NCBI GenBank assembly: GCA_964252035.1
Contig: OZ176203.1
Source of the DNA: Podarcis erhardii
Lineage: Eukaryota
Direction: 5' to 3' (one strand)
Length of the DNA: 64,000 bases
Position 1 is the stretch's first letter, and each line of letters opens with the position of its first letter. Of the stretch, positions 38,586 through 49,400 are shown piece after piece. The notes beneath the pieces were generated by a model, which was not told the origin of the DNA, did not search any database, and was given only the letters and a program-made list of their open reading frames with translations. The position numbers and the translations under genes are program-made.

Positions 38586-38670
38586 ACAATGCTGCTATGC
38601 AAATCTATAGTATAATCACATTTGGAATATTGTGTACAGTTCTGATTAAGGATATCATTCTTGTAGAGCA

Positions 38671-38847
38671 GTGTTTCTGTGCGCTGCTCTGGTTCGCTAG
38701 AAGCGGCTTAGTCATGGTGGCCACATGACCTGGAAGCTGTGTGCGGACAAACGCCAGCTCCCTCAGCCCATAGAGCGAGATGAACACGCAACCCCAGAGT
38801 CATCCACAACTGGACCTAACGGTCAGTGGTACCTTTACCTTTTTACT
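38671..38847 (+). mobile_element. Sauria SINE 3' half
   Basis: GTTTCTGTGCGCTGCTCTGGTTCGCTAGAAGCGGCTTAGTCATG...GGACCTAACGGTCAG..GTACCTTTACCTT. Confidence 0.88.
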
Positions 38848-38849
38848 AG

Positions 38850-39422
38850 AGTGAGAAAAGGGCAACAAAAAACATCAATGGGAGGGGGGACTCCCATATG
38901 AAGAAGTGCAGCAACATTTGGGACTTTTTAGAGGAAATGTGAGTAAGGGGTGATATAATAGATGGTTAATAATTGAGCATGGAATGGAGAAAGTGAATAC
39001 AGAAAAGTTCTCTATTCTCCCTCTCTTATAACACTAGACACTTGTGGAAAGCCAACTAAGTTGAATGTTGGAAGACTCAGGACACATAAAAGAAAGCACT
39101 TTTTTTACACAACACATAGTTTAACTATGGAACTTGCTACTACAGGACACAGTGATGGCTACCAACTTAAAATATGATTAGACAAACTCATGGAGGTCAA
39201 GGCTATCAGCAGCTAATAGCCATAATGGCTGTGTTCTATCTCCACTGTCAGAGGCATCATGCCTCTGCATGCAAGTTGCTGGGAATCACAAGTGGGCAAA
39301 GTGCTGTTGCACTCACATCCAGCTTTCAGGCTTCCCATAGGCATCTGGCTGGCCACTGCAACAACAGGATGCTGGACTAGGTAGGCCATTGGTCTTATCC
39401 AGCAGACTCGCCTTATGTTCTG
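38850..39422 (+). mobile_element. CR1 LINE 3' end
   Basis: Degraded ORF2 end (..AGGACACATAAAAGAAAGCACTTTTTTTACACAACAC..TATGGAACTTGCTACTACAGGA) plus squamate CR1 3' UTR (GGCATCTGGCTGGCCACTG..CAGGATGCTGGACTAG.TAGGCC). Confidence 0.8.
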
Positions 39423-40689
39423 ACACTTCAAAGTCAGGGATTTGCCCTTTGAAGGTCTGTACACTTCTGAATCACAGAGAGAGCTTTGCATTCCGAAAAA
39501 CCAGAGTTCTGCAGTTGGATCAAATATACAAAGCAGTTGCATATTGGCGTAAAAATACGTGCCTGTCTGGCTCCCTATTCTTGCCATGGAGCTGTCTCAT
39601 GGGAAAAGGCGTCTGTTTTTCACCGTGACATTTTGTCTACTCCTGGCTATGCAGTACAATGCCAAATCATAAGCGTGGGAAACCACTGTCTGGACCAACC
39701 CTTAAAGAACTGGTCTTTTGGAGCTGTGAAACAGTACAGTGGAATCTAGTAATTAACTGAAAGGAGTGATGAAAGAATTAGGAGGTCACGATGTGTACTC
39801 TGCTGTGTATAACAATTTTAGTAATGTTATAATAACTGCCTCTGGGTGAGTCAGAAAGAAGGTATGTGGGTGGATGAACTGTTCTTAATGGTTTTAGACT
39901 TGAAGCATCAACTACATGGGTGGTAAAGCTAACACATTCACAGTTAGATACAGGGCGGATTAAATAGCTGATTTGATTTCGTTCTAATTGAATCACATTT
40001 TTTATTTTCAACTTGGATTAAAAAAAGGCATTGGGTCAAACTTCATTCCTATTGAAATCAGTAGTGCTTAATTTAGTAATGGCTACCTTTTCTCATTGAT
40101 TTCAGTTATACCTAAGTCTGGATCCAACCCATAGTACCAATGGAATCCAAGGCTAGTCTACCTAGAAGTAGTTCCCTCTTACTTCCAGATAAATGGAGTT
40201 AGGATTGCAGCCTTAGTATATATATTTAAATATCTTGCTTTATAAAGAAATCTGAATTTAATACCCATATAATCTATTAAAAATGAAAAAAAAAAGTTCT
40301 CAGAACACATCAAATACCAGGCTGCTTCTCTTTTAAAAAGAAATAGATCATGGGAAATTATCTATTTCCCATGATCTGAATTCTGAGATTAAACATTGTA
40401 AATCAATGACACAGTAGGCCATGCATTGTATTTTTTTATTGTGGGCTTCCTGCTGGCTTAGGGAATAGCAAATCATCATAGACACTAGAATCCAGGAAAT
40501 GTCATCATGTATCTCAACTGGATGGTCCACTAAGGCCACCTGGGGAAATTTGTATGTTCTCCAACTATAATATGCCCTGGCAAGCATGACCAATGGTCAG
40601 CTCCAAGAACATATTGGCTAGAGGTCCCGTCCCCCCCCCCCCCCCGCATTCTAGAGAAAGCTCAACAAAAATCTGCTTTGTACCGCTAA

Positions 40690-41108
40690 GGCTGCAGTGC
40701 TAATTCCACTTACATGGGGAAAAGCCCCATTGAATTCAGTGGGACTTACTTCTGATTAATGTATAGGACATGGGTAGGCAAACTAAGGCCCAGGGGCCAG
40801 ATGTGGCCCAATCGCCTTCTCAATCCAGCCCGTGGATGGTCCAGGAATCAGCGTGTTTTTACATGAGTAGAATGTGTGCTTTTATTTAAAATGCATCTCT
40901 GAGTTATTTGTGGGGCCTGCCTGGTGTTTTTACATGAGTAGAATGTGTGCTTTTATTTAAAATGCATCCCTGGGTTATTTGTGGAGCATAGGAATTCGTT
41001 CATTTCCCCCCCTCCAAAATATAGTCCGCCCCCCCCCCAAGGTCTGAGGGACAGTGGACCGTCCCTCTGCTGAAAAAGTTTGCTGACCCCTGGTATAGGA
41101 TTTGTACC
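40690..41108. mobile_element. Short palindromic squamate MITE interrupted by the hAT element at 40769
   Basis: GGCTGCAGTGC..ACTTACATGGGGAAAAGCCCCATTGAATTCAGTGGGACTTACTTCTGA..TATAGGATT continues across the insertion; related fragments at about 47065, 49900 and 51040. Confidence 0.5.
40769..41092. mobile_element. hAT (Charlie-type) MITE with perfect 8-bp TSD
   Basis: TIRs CATGGGTAGGCAAACT / AGTTTGCTGACCCCTG; TSD GTATAGGA at 40761-40768 and 41093-41100; internal 61-bp duplication. Confidence 0.9.
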
Positions 41109-41850
41109 CAAAGAAGCAAAACTTCTACACTTTAAAGAGTGCATGGGTTGCATCACACACAAAAATTGGATTATGGTCTTAGGTTGTATGAGGGTTTTAT
41201 TTAGTTATAAACCAAGACTGGGGGGGGGGGGGCGTCATGCTACATGTGACGTTACTTACATTACATGTGAGCAACTGACCTGAATTTTTAATACCATTTC
41301 TTGCTGCGGATGCGACTTCCCCCTATTGCATTCCTACCCCCTATTGCATTCCTAATGAAAATGCCCTCCCACTCACAGCACAACACTTGCGTTTGCATTG
41401 GGAAATAATGGTGCTTTTTCAAAGAGCTACTTTTGGTGCACCCAAGAACATGGGTATGCGTCCTAACCTTTAAACTGCACACCCTCCTATAATAGCACAA
41501 ACATCCTTTGACAACCCCTCAGTTTCAAGACCAGATAACTGTGCAACATGGGGAAGCTGCTACTGTTTAAAAAAGACGAGGCAAACCTCACCTGGGCATG
41601 TGGAATTCATTGTTTTTTTGGATTCCATTCAATAGGTTCAATTTATTAGCTAGTCTGGACAAGAAATCAGAATGTTTTTACACAACAAAATAAAAGCCCT
41701 ACCCAGGTTACTTCAGGCTGCTATGGTGAAGGACCTTTGCTAAAAGGAAGGCTCTCTTATATTGGAATTATTTTTAAGAACTGAGAATTAGGCCTTTGTG
41801 CATATGTAGAGTATTTCTCCCCTCACTGCTGATTATCCACAGTTTATGTG

Positions 41851-41916
41851 CTTGGCAGGGGGTTGGACTCGATGGCCCTTGTGGTCTCTTCCAACTCTAT
41901 GATTCTATGATTCTAT
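41851..41916 (+). mobile_element. CR1 3' terminal fragment
   Basis: GGCAGGGGGTTGGACTCGATGGCCCTTGTGGTCTCTTCCAACTCTATG(ATTCTATG)2, the canonical CR1 hairpin plus octamer tail. Confidence 0.85.
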
Positions 41917-42072
41917 GTTTTGGCTAGGGAAAACAGCAGAGCAGATGCTGCCATTTTTAGGCAGGCTTTTGTTCTAGTTCCATTCATCATAGAACTCAGG
42001 GCTGGCCTAAGGCATGTTGTTGTGCACACACTCCCTTTTCCATGTATAAAAGGTGATAGTACTGGCAGCTGA

Positions 42073-42429
42073 CGGATGCGGGTGGCGCTGTGGGTTAAAC
42101 CACAGAGCCTAGGACTTGCCAATCAGAAGGTCGCGGTTTGAATCCCCACAACGGGGTGACCTCCTGTTGCCCGGTCCCTGTTCCTGCCAACCTAGCAGTT
42201 TGAAAGCACGTCAAAGTGCAAGTAGATAAATAGGTACCACTCCGGCGGGAAGGTAAAAGAAATTTCCGTGCACTGCTCTGGTTCACCAGAAGCGGCTTAG
42301 TCATGCTGGCCACATGACCCGGAAGCTGTACGCTGGCTCCCTCAGCCAATAAAGCAAGATGAGCACCACAACCCCAGAGTTGGACACGACTGGACCTAAT
42401 GGTCAGGGGTCCCTTTACCTTTACCTTTC
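42073..42429 (+). mobile_element. Sauria SINE, full length (POM-like lacertid subfamily)
   Basis: GGATGCGGGTGGCGCTGTGGGTTAAACCACAGAGCCTAGG head through the (ACCTTT)n tail; 10-bp TSD CTG(G/A)CAGCTG at 42062-42071 and 42430-42439. Confidence 0.95.
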
Positions 42430-42785
42430 CTGACAGCTGCATCTTATTTCCACACTGGCAACAGAACAGTGATCTCCACTGAAAGAGAGAGCACCTAGCT
42501 AACTTAGGGGTAAAGGACAGGCAGTATGGCCCATACAGCTGTCCTTCAACACCTCTCTGTCTGTTACCTGAGGCAGCTGCTTACCTCTGTTTATTGGTAG
42601 GACTGGTCTTGGATTTATAGTGATGAGTTGGAAGAAGCGTTAGGCTGAAGGCCTGGGCCCCCTTCTAATTCCTGGAATAGTTTAGCTAGCTTCCTGGCAT
42701 GGTGATGGGCAATTAAGGGGAACAAAGAAAGTGGCTCTGTATGAGATGGCAAATGGGTGGGGGCCCATTTTTCAACTCACAAGTA

Positions 42786-43011
42786 CAGTGGTACCTCGGG
42801 TTACATATGCTTCAGGTTACAGACTCCGCTAACCCAGAAATAGTACCTCGGGTTAAGAACTTTGCTTCAGGATAAGAACAGAAATTGTGCTCTGGCGGTA
42901 CGGCGGCAGCAGGAAGCCCCATTAGCTAAAGTGGGGCTTCAGGTTAAGAACAGTTTCAGGTTAAGAACGGATCTCCGGAACGAATTAAGTACTTAGCCCG
43001 AGGTACCACTG
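42786..43011 (+). mobile_element. Tc1/mariner MITE family A, copy 2
   Basis: Same TIRs and body, TA flanks. Confidence 0.9.
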
Positions 43012-43014
43012 TAG

Positions 43015-43235
43015 TTAGTTAGAAAGACAAGAACAGAGAGTTTGAAGTGATGTAAGCGAAAAGCAAAGCAGCAAGCTGGGAAGCAGGGAACCTAGAGAGA
43101 CAGAGCAATGTTTGATTTCTGTTTCAGTGCAAGGCTGCAGCCAGGTGGGAAGCAAGGTCCTCTTGGGGTGTTAATGCTGTGAACTCCTCCACCATAGGCT
43201 CAGGTTGTATATATGTGAAAATAATCAAAGGGAGT
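43015..43235 (+). mobile_element. Partial LTR (R/U5-like), Gypsy type
   Basis: GCTGTGAACTCCTCCACCATAGGCTCAGGTTGTATATATGTGAAAATAA resembles squamate LTR 3' regions; termini not identified. Confidence 0.35.
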
Positions 43236-44709
43236 GAGACTGAACCTCAAGTATTATGCAATACACCTGCAGTTATTAAAACAATTGTAATTATGTAAAA
43301 ATTTGTGGAAAGTAAACATGTTTTCTAGATGACAGATAAAGGAAAGAGGTGAGGCAGTGGCAGTCATCCAGTTTATCACTGGCTTTGTGCCTACAGGTTA
43401 AGGCTCCAATGCTGTACACACTTTCTGTGGAGTTAAGTCCCACTGCACACACTGATGTTAATCTGGTGATGTTGCCAAGGTCTGAAATTCTCTCGTTCAA
43501 AATGTAAAGCACAATAACTTGTGGGGGCTGGCCTCCCATTCAGAGTAAGCATTTCAACCACATACTCCCTCCCCCTCTTTTTTTCTGGCTCTGTTAGTAA
43601 TGCCAGCCAGAAATTAGTTCCTAACTTCCTTCCACACCTCTCTTCTTTTTTTGTGCTTAGAAACTTGCATGGCAGCATCTCAGTTTCTATGGTCCCTTGG
43701 AAGCTCCATCCTGGGCATCACAGCGTGAACAGGAGTGTAACAAGATCCAAAATGGGCTTGTAATTAGCACGGTTACTTCCAATCCTGTTTTCCAATATTT
43801 TAGAGGAGGAATAGCCCTTCCTTTTATGACTCAGGAAGGGGTTTCACCCATCACTGCTTACATCTGAGTAAATATGCAAATGATCACAAACAGTAATATA
43901 TTAACAGAGCAATATTATGGAGGTGTGGGTGGGAAGAGAATTCACCACATCCAAAGTTGGTTGCATGCAGGGTGGAAGATGAATTGTACCTTTTAAGATT
44001 TATTGTGTTCCTTTTCTTTCATCTTCTTCCCTCCCCCATTGACAACAATGGATGGGGATTAATTATAGCATCTCCAGGTCTGGTGTGGTTTCAAGGTCTG
44101 TTCCAGATGTGGGTGTGGGTGTGCATTGGGGGAACAAGGGGGCTTAGAGTACTGTGGATCCATGGTCTTCCCCACCACACTCCTGGAGCACCCTGCATTG
44201 ATCCTGTAGCCACTCTCCCAAGATGCATAAGATTTCTCCCTAAGCTCAACTGCTTTATACTTCTGATGAGGAAAGAAAAAATTGGAGCCACATGATTCTG
44301 ATCAGCTATTGTGGATTGGATAGCAATGATCAAGTGGCAGGCCTGACCCAAGACATTTTGGCACCTGAGCCAAAACAGAAAATGGCAACCATCCCCACAC
44401 CAGGGAAGAAGGGGTGAGTGAAGATCTACATCAGATACGAGGAGGTCAAATCAACTTTACCCTAAGGTTGAAGCGGGAGTCATAAGCTGTCACACATGGA
44501 TTGTGGGGGGCAGGGGTGGTTCTGAATCGTGCTGGGTGGGGGCAGCTCCTGCCCAGGGGTCAGAGGAGAGCAGTGACATCTTCTATTTGCTGAGAATATT
44601 TGCAGATTGGCTTCTGTCTATCAGTGATGTCCAGGTTGGCAGGAGGAGAATGCTGGGCGCTCAGCTTCCTCTGCCCCTCAATACTGGGGGTGGGGCTGAG
44701 CCCCAGGCT

Positions 44710-44910
44710 AATAACAACAACAACAACAATAATACCTTTATTATTGCTCCAGCCATTCTGAGTGGCTTCAAACACATATAAAACATAACACCAAACATTA
44801 AAAACTGCCTGATACAGGGCTGCCATCAGATGTCTTCTAAAAGTTGTGAAGCTCTTTATCTACTTGACATCTGATGGGAGGATGCCACTGCTGAGAAGGC
44901 CCTCAAAAAT
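44710..44910 (-). mobile_element. L2 3' end fragment
   Basis: (AAC/AAT)n tail, CCAGCCATTCTGAGTGGCTT, AAAAACTGCCTGATACAGGGCTGCC..GATGTCTTCTAAAAGT; same family as 55531. Confidence 0.6.
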
Positions 44911-45776
44911 ACTGAGGAGGTTGAAGACACTTCCACCCCTAGGAGTTGTCACTTTTGTAACTTGCTTCCTTCCCCCTCTATGTATTTCGCTTGCTCGGTT
45001 CACAGTAATCAATACTCCTCTTCTCCTATGCTCAGTGGAACCTAACTGCAGCTGTGCAGCAGTGAAAGGGTTACACTTGTTTCCCCGGGAGGATTTTTTG
45101 AATCCTACGTCGGGAAGTTCCATTTACAGCACCAGGCAAGTAATGTTTTTTTAAAAAAATGGTTTGTTCCGGGCTCCGTGATATTCCAAGTCGTAGCCTT
45201 TTGTTATCCAATAGCGCAGGGTAGTTTCTAACCCTTTGCCATCGCAAGAAAGTTACATGGGAATGTGGGCTGTTGTTGCCGCCGCCGTCGTCTTCAAGTG
45301 AGGAGATTCTCCAGCTCCGCATTGTAGCCCTTTTGTGTTTCTCTTTCTTTCTGAGCAGTTTGGGGAGGCGCGGCTCCTTTAAGGTGTCCTGAGGCGGCAC
45401 CAGACCTGCAGCGGCAAGGCGAGAAAGGCAAGCGCGCGCTCTCTCTCGCGCCGGCCTCAACGCGACGCCAGAAACTTCAGGCTTTGCAGCCCCCTCAGCG
45501 TGGAGGCGAGGAGCTACACCCTTTCTCCACCAGGGGCTGCCCAGAAGAGGAGGACGAGGCCGCCCTCAGAAGTTTTTCCACCCCCCACACCCTCGCTTTT
45601 GTGCCAATCTCCGCTTTTGGAGAGGGAAGGAGCTGGAGGAAAAGGAGGAGGAGGAGGAGAGAGCCGTCGCTTCGCAGGACGGACAGCCGGGAGGTGCGGG
45701 CTGGGGCGACGCGCGGCTCCGCTCTGGCTGCCGGGAAGCTGCTTCGCCTGGCGGTCCCGGCGCTTTGCTTCAAGTG

Positions 45777-45908
45777 ATGGGACCCAGGGCTGCTGCTGCT
45801 GCTGCGATTGCGCCGCCACTTCTGTCTGCCGCGCGCTCGCCCAGCGCCACCCCAGGCAAGTCCTCGCCCAGAGCAGCCGCCGGCCCGTCTCCGCCACCCG
45901 CTGCCTGA
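45777..45908 (+). other. uORF, 43 aa, Ala/Pro-rich, in frame with ROBO1b
   Basis: gtgATGg strong Kozak at 45777, TGA at 45906-45908; same frame as ATG 46401. Requires the TSS to lie upstream. Confidence 0.45.
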
Positions 45909-45990
45909 GATCCTCGCAAGAAGCGGCGGCACTTTCGTGACCTGCGCGCTCCTTGCTCCCTGCCTGCCTTTCTTTCCTTGAGGAGAGCCA

Positions 45991-46017
45991 AGCCAGCCAG
46001 CCAGCCAGCCAGCCAGC
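45991..46017. repeat. (AGCC)n microsatellite in the ROBO1b leader
   Basis: Six perfect AGCC units plus AGC. Confidence 0.9.
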
Positions 46018-46050
46018 GGGCTGCTGCTTTTGTTTCTCGCTTGCTGTCGG

Positions 46051-46188
46051 ATGGTCCCGCGGCGCGGCAAGGCGAGGCAGCCCCCTTGGGGATCACCCGG
46101 GGCGAGAGGAAAGCGCAGGCTTGGGCTTGGGCTTGGGCTTGGGCTTGGGCTTGGGCTGGAGCTACGGAGCCCTGCCTGCTTCGGCTGA
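46051..46188 (+). other. uORF, 45 aa (MVPRRGKARQPPWGSPGARGKRRLGLGLGLGLGLGLELRSPACFG*), out of frame with ROBO1b
   Basis: ATG 46051 (cggATGg), TGA 46186-46188; spans the (GGGCTT)n repeat. Requires the TSS to lie upstream. Confidence 0.5.
46118..46157 (+). repeat. (GGGCTT)n hexamer repeat, G-quadruplex-forming motif
   Basis: GGG tracts at 46123, 46129, 46135, 46141, 46147 and 46153 separated by CTT loops. Confidence 0.9.
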
Positions 46189-46368
46189 CAATAGAGACTC
46201 TTTGCGAAGAGCCCGGACGAGGCTCCCCGTTCAACTTCTGGAGGATTTGGGACGCCGCCGCCGCCGCTTACATTAAGCTGCTTGTGGATTTACAAACTGG
46301 GAAGCCTTGGAGGGGCTTTTGGCGAAAGTCCTCCCCCTCCCCCTCTTTCTCCAGCCCTCCCTTTTGGC

Positions 46369-46404
46369 ATGAGATTATCGACAGGCTCCACCTGGAGACA
46401 ATGA
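46369..46404 (+). other. uORF (MRLSTGSTWRQ*) whose stop overlaps the ROBO1b start (ATGA)
   Basis: ATG 46369-46371 (G at -3), 11 codons, TGA at 46402-46404 overlapping ATG 46401-46403. Confidence 0.7.
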
Positions 46405-46455
46405 TCGCGGAGTTTGTACACTTCTATCTCTTTGGATTATTATGTCTCTGCTCAG
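46401..46455 (+). CDS. ROBO1: ROBO1 isoform b (DUTT1) alternative first coding exon, signal peptide MIAEFVHFYLFGLLCLCS-G
   Basis: ATG at 46401 (A at -3), 18 codons + 1 nt, then donor CAG|GTAATC at 46456 (phase 1). The peptide differs from the recalled human ROBO1b N-terminus MIAEPAHFYLFGLICLCSG at 3 positions, and phase 1 fits splicing to the G|SRLRQEDFPPRI exon. Sits in a CpG island. Confidence 0.92.
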
Positions 46456-49400
46456 GTAATCGCTGCTCCTCGAATGATTTTTATTTATTGATCTCGTTTG
46501 TCGAGCGGGCAGATGGCTCCCTTGCTTATCCCAGTTGGGGAAGGATTCAAGGAAATGTAAAACTCTAGCCATTGCTGCTGATTAAAGCAGGAAGCAATTA
46601 AACATGTGCTTAAGTCTTACACTGAAAACAATGGGCCATTCTCAAGAGTCATCCACTTTAGTCACTCACTGCAGGGCAACTGAGGCTAGGATCCAGCTGA
46701 AGATGCTCAACAATTTTATCCAGTCTTGTTTCCCGGGGCTTGCTCTTATTTCTTTCTCTCCTCAGGTTTTTCTGCCTGTTCAAGTGATTTTTAGTATGTG
46801 GGTGGAACCGACTTTCGTCTAGCCTTGAGGTTATGGAGGGCATGTGCACAGTGCATGCATCAGTTTGCACCCATAGTTTTGAAAAATTAAAGCAGGGTTA
46901 TTGGCAGCAAAGGACTGGTCCTCTGATGCTTCCAAACTCGTCAGTCCGCTTCTAGAAACTAGATGGAGCAAGTCAGCTGAGAGCTTAATGCTCCAGGGCC
47001 TAACTATATGTACTTGACACTGCACATCCCAAGGATCGAAGCCTTACTGGCCTATCAAATACATGTTTACTCAGAAGCAAGCCCTACTGTGTCCACTGAG
47101 GCTTAGTCTCTAGTCACTTGTGTTTTATAGATCAGCTTGCACATGAGTAGAGTAGGTGAAGGTAGATCATGGAGCAAACTGGTCTAGCTCTCTCTCTCTC
47201 TCTCTCCCCCCCCCCCCCATGTCCTCACTGCTAGGACCAGCCACTCTAGTTCGCAACAAGGGGGCTATTAGCCTTGTTTGATGTATGCAGAGGACTGTAA
47301 TTAAAATACCGTAGATCATAAAGAAACAGCAGGAAACAACTTCTTCCTACAGTTTTAGGTGAGGGGGGGGAGAGGTTACAGGTATTGGCAAGTAGGAAGC
47401 TAGAGGCATGGTTTATTCAGTATATGTCGATTGATGTACTGATATGAAACATCACTTTTTAAACCTTTGTTGAGGGCATATTGTTCCAGTGTTCAGTACT
47501 CATATGGTAATAACTATAGTTCATCACTAGCCATTGGTGTTTACCTCCTAGAGTAAGTGGATAGTTCACTACTACATAGCTTTGCTTACAGTGACCTTTC
47601 TTTGAAATGGAAATTCCAACTAAGGGATGCTTAGGATCAAGATAGATTTATTATCTCTGGAGTTACTTAAGTTTCACTCTTTCATGAATTTCACCCCTTA
47701 CACACACTTCCAAGTTCATTATGCATGTTTAGTTGGAAGTAAGTATGAAGTTCGGCAGATATGTGCTTGTGGAATTAGATTGATAAATTATTGGTTTAAA
47801 ACACTTTTTAATCCCATCCAGAAGAGTTCTCCCTTTCCTTAACTTCTGTTAGCAAGTCAGAGCTTGTGCTCACACCCACCCTCAGCTGGCAACTTTTAAA
47901 CAACGTACAAAGGGGATTTTAGAATTTGAGTATGCTTATTTTGAAAGGATATAAACTAGGATGTGACTACTAGCTCAAGTTTTCCGCAAACTAACTGTAA
48001 ATTTTCTGGCAAAGTCTGGAAGCTTGGCACATATGTTAAATCATTCACTCTGACCGCAAAAAATTGTTACAATCCCATGAAACCTATTCCCTTGATCAGG
48101 GGTGACATGAGAACAGTCTGGATAGGAAAATGAGCTACGGTACTTCCCATGTGCTGAATGGGATATAACCCATGAGACTGGGGTTACTTTGCAGTAGGGC
48201 AGCTGGCTGCTGCTCTGTGGGAGTAGGACAGGTGAATAGGTTAAACCTGAAACCCTGTATCTGTTTTTTCTTAAATTCTTGAGTAATGTCACCAGCTCAC
48301 TCAGTTTCCATTATTTCACGGAGTGCACTTTAAGCACAGAGTTGGATGCAAATCAGAGTCAGTGGGAGGAAACTGTCTCACTTGCCTCTTTTACTACCCT
48401 CTTAGCCCCCCCACCCCCCAGATTTATAGCAAAAGGGTTCCCTTGTGGTTATTTTTTCCTATGCTAAAAGTTTCTTCTCATGTGTAAAGTGATGTGTCAA
48501 GTGTGATAAACAGAGGAAGGCAAGATCATTGAGAAGATAGTGGGATTAGTGGTCATTAGTCACTGTTTGAACTGGTTTAATTAGCTTTGGGAAGTTTTAT
48601 CCTGGCTGTAGTGTCATGCCAGTGCGGTGCAAGTTAGTTGCAGATTTCATATCTTAAAACTCTCCAGTTCTTAATGTTCATTCACAGTAAATTTATGAGT
48701 CATGAAGGTCCCATGGAAGTATTTGCTGTGTTTGGTTCTTTCTTCTTGAGTTACTTTAAAATGCACAAATACTCTATTGTTTTAGTTCAAGGTGAGGACA
48801 GTGTGCTTGTCTAACTTAAAAGTTTGCAGTTGTCCAGTTTTCTTCATCTGCAGCACAAGACAACTGTTCTTACTGAGGAATAGTCTGGGATTTTTGTTGT
48901 CTGATTTTCCATATTTCACTTCCAGCTTCTATTTATTCTGAATTGCAACATGACCATCAACGTGAAAAACCATTGGGACAGTTGTGATGCATTTTTTTTT
49001 ACTTCAAGAAGTATTTGATAATAATTCTGGTGAAGATGGGGTTTTATTGTATATTTTCATTTTTGCCATTAACTTTTTTATTTAGTTTTCAAGAAGTACG
49101 GATTGCATGGTTACTGGCATGGCTGCAACGCATTTGACTTACTAAAAAAGCTAATAGAAGTTGAGTATCCTGACTATGACACTTCTTTTATAACTACTCT
49201 ACAATAATTTTCGTGGGCCATATTGTGTACTGTACTCCCCCTGCCCCGATGTTCAACTTGTGTTGTTTTATAATGTTGAATAGGACTGAGTGAGTAATTT
49301 CAAATTCTGGAAATTTAGCAATCAGTTATTGCAAAAGCTAACTGATTGAAACATTATGCCAGAAGATACACATGGAAACAAAGAAAAGTTAACAACATTT

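Larger units (their letters stand above)
45100..46520 (+). promoter_or_regulatory. ROBO1: CpG island / ROBO1b internal promoter and long GC-rich 5' leader
   Basis: Abrupt rise in GC and CpG density against an AT-rich, CpG-poor background; CCAAT near 45208; ends just after the coding exon. TSS not determinable from sequence. Confidence 0.85.

Noticed and set aside
1-45000. Search for the ROBO1a exon encoding DPED.ERGND.GTP.PTSDNDDNSLGYTG
   Set aside because: GATGACAA hits at about 10847 and 23499 lack the surrounding codons and splice sites; the exon appears to lie outside the window.
45665-45690. REST/NRSE-like site (GGACAGC half)
   Set aside because: The left half-site TTCAGCACC is absent.
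45071-46276. Cluster of 100-190-aa overlapping ORFs on both strands in the CpG island
   Set aside because: Low-complexity Arg/Ala/Gly/Pro products, mostly with non-ATG starts; expected from stop-codon scarcity at high GC. Only those tied to the ROBO1b frame or with ATG starts are discussed.
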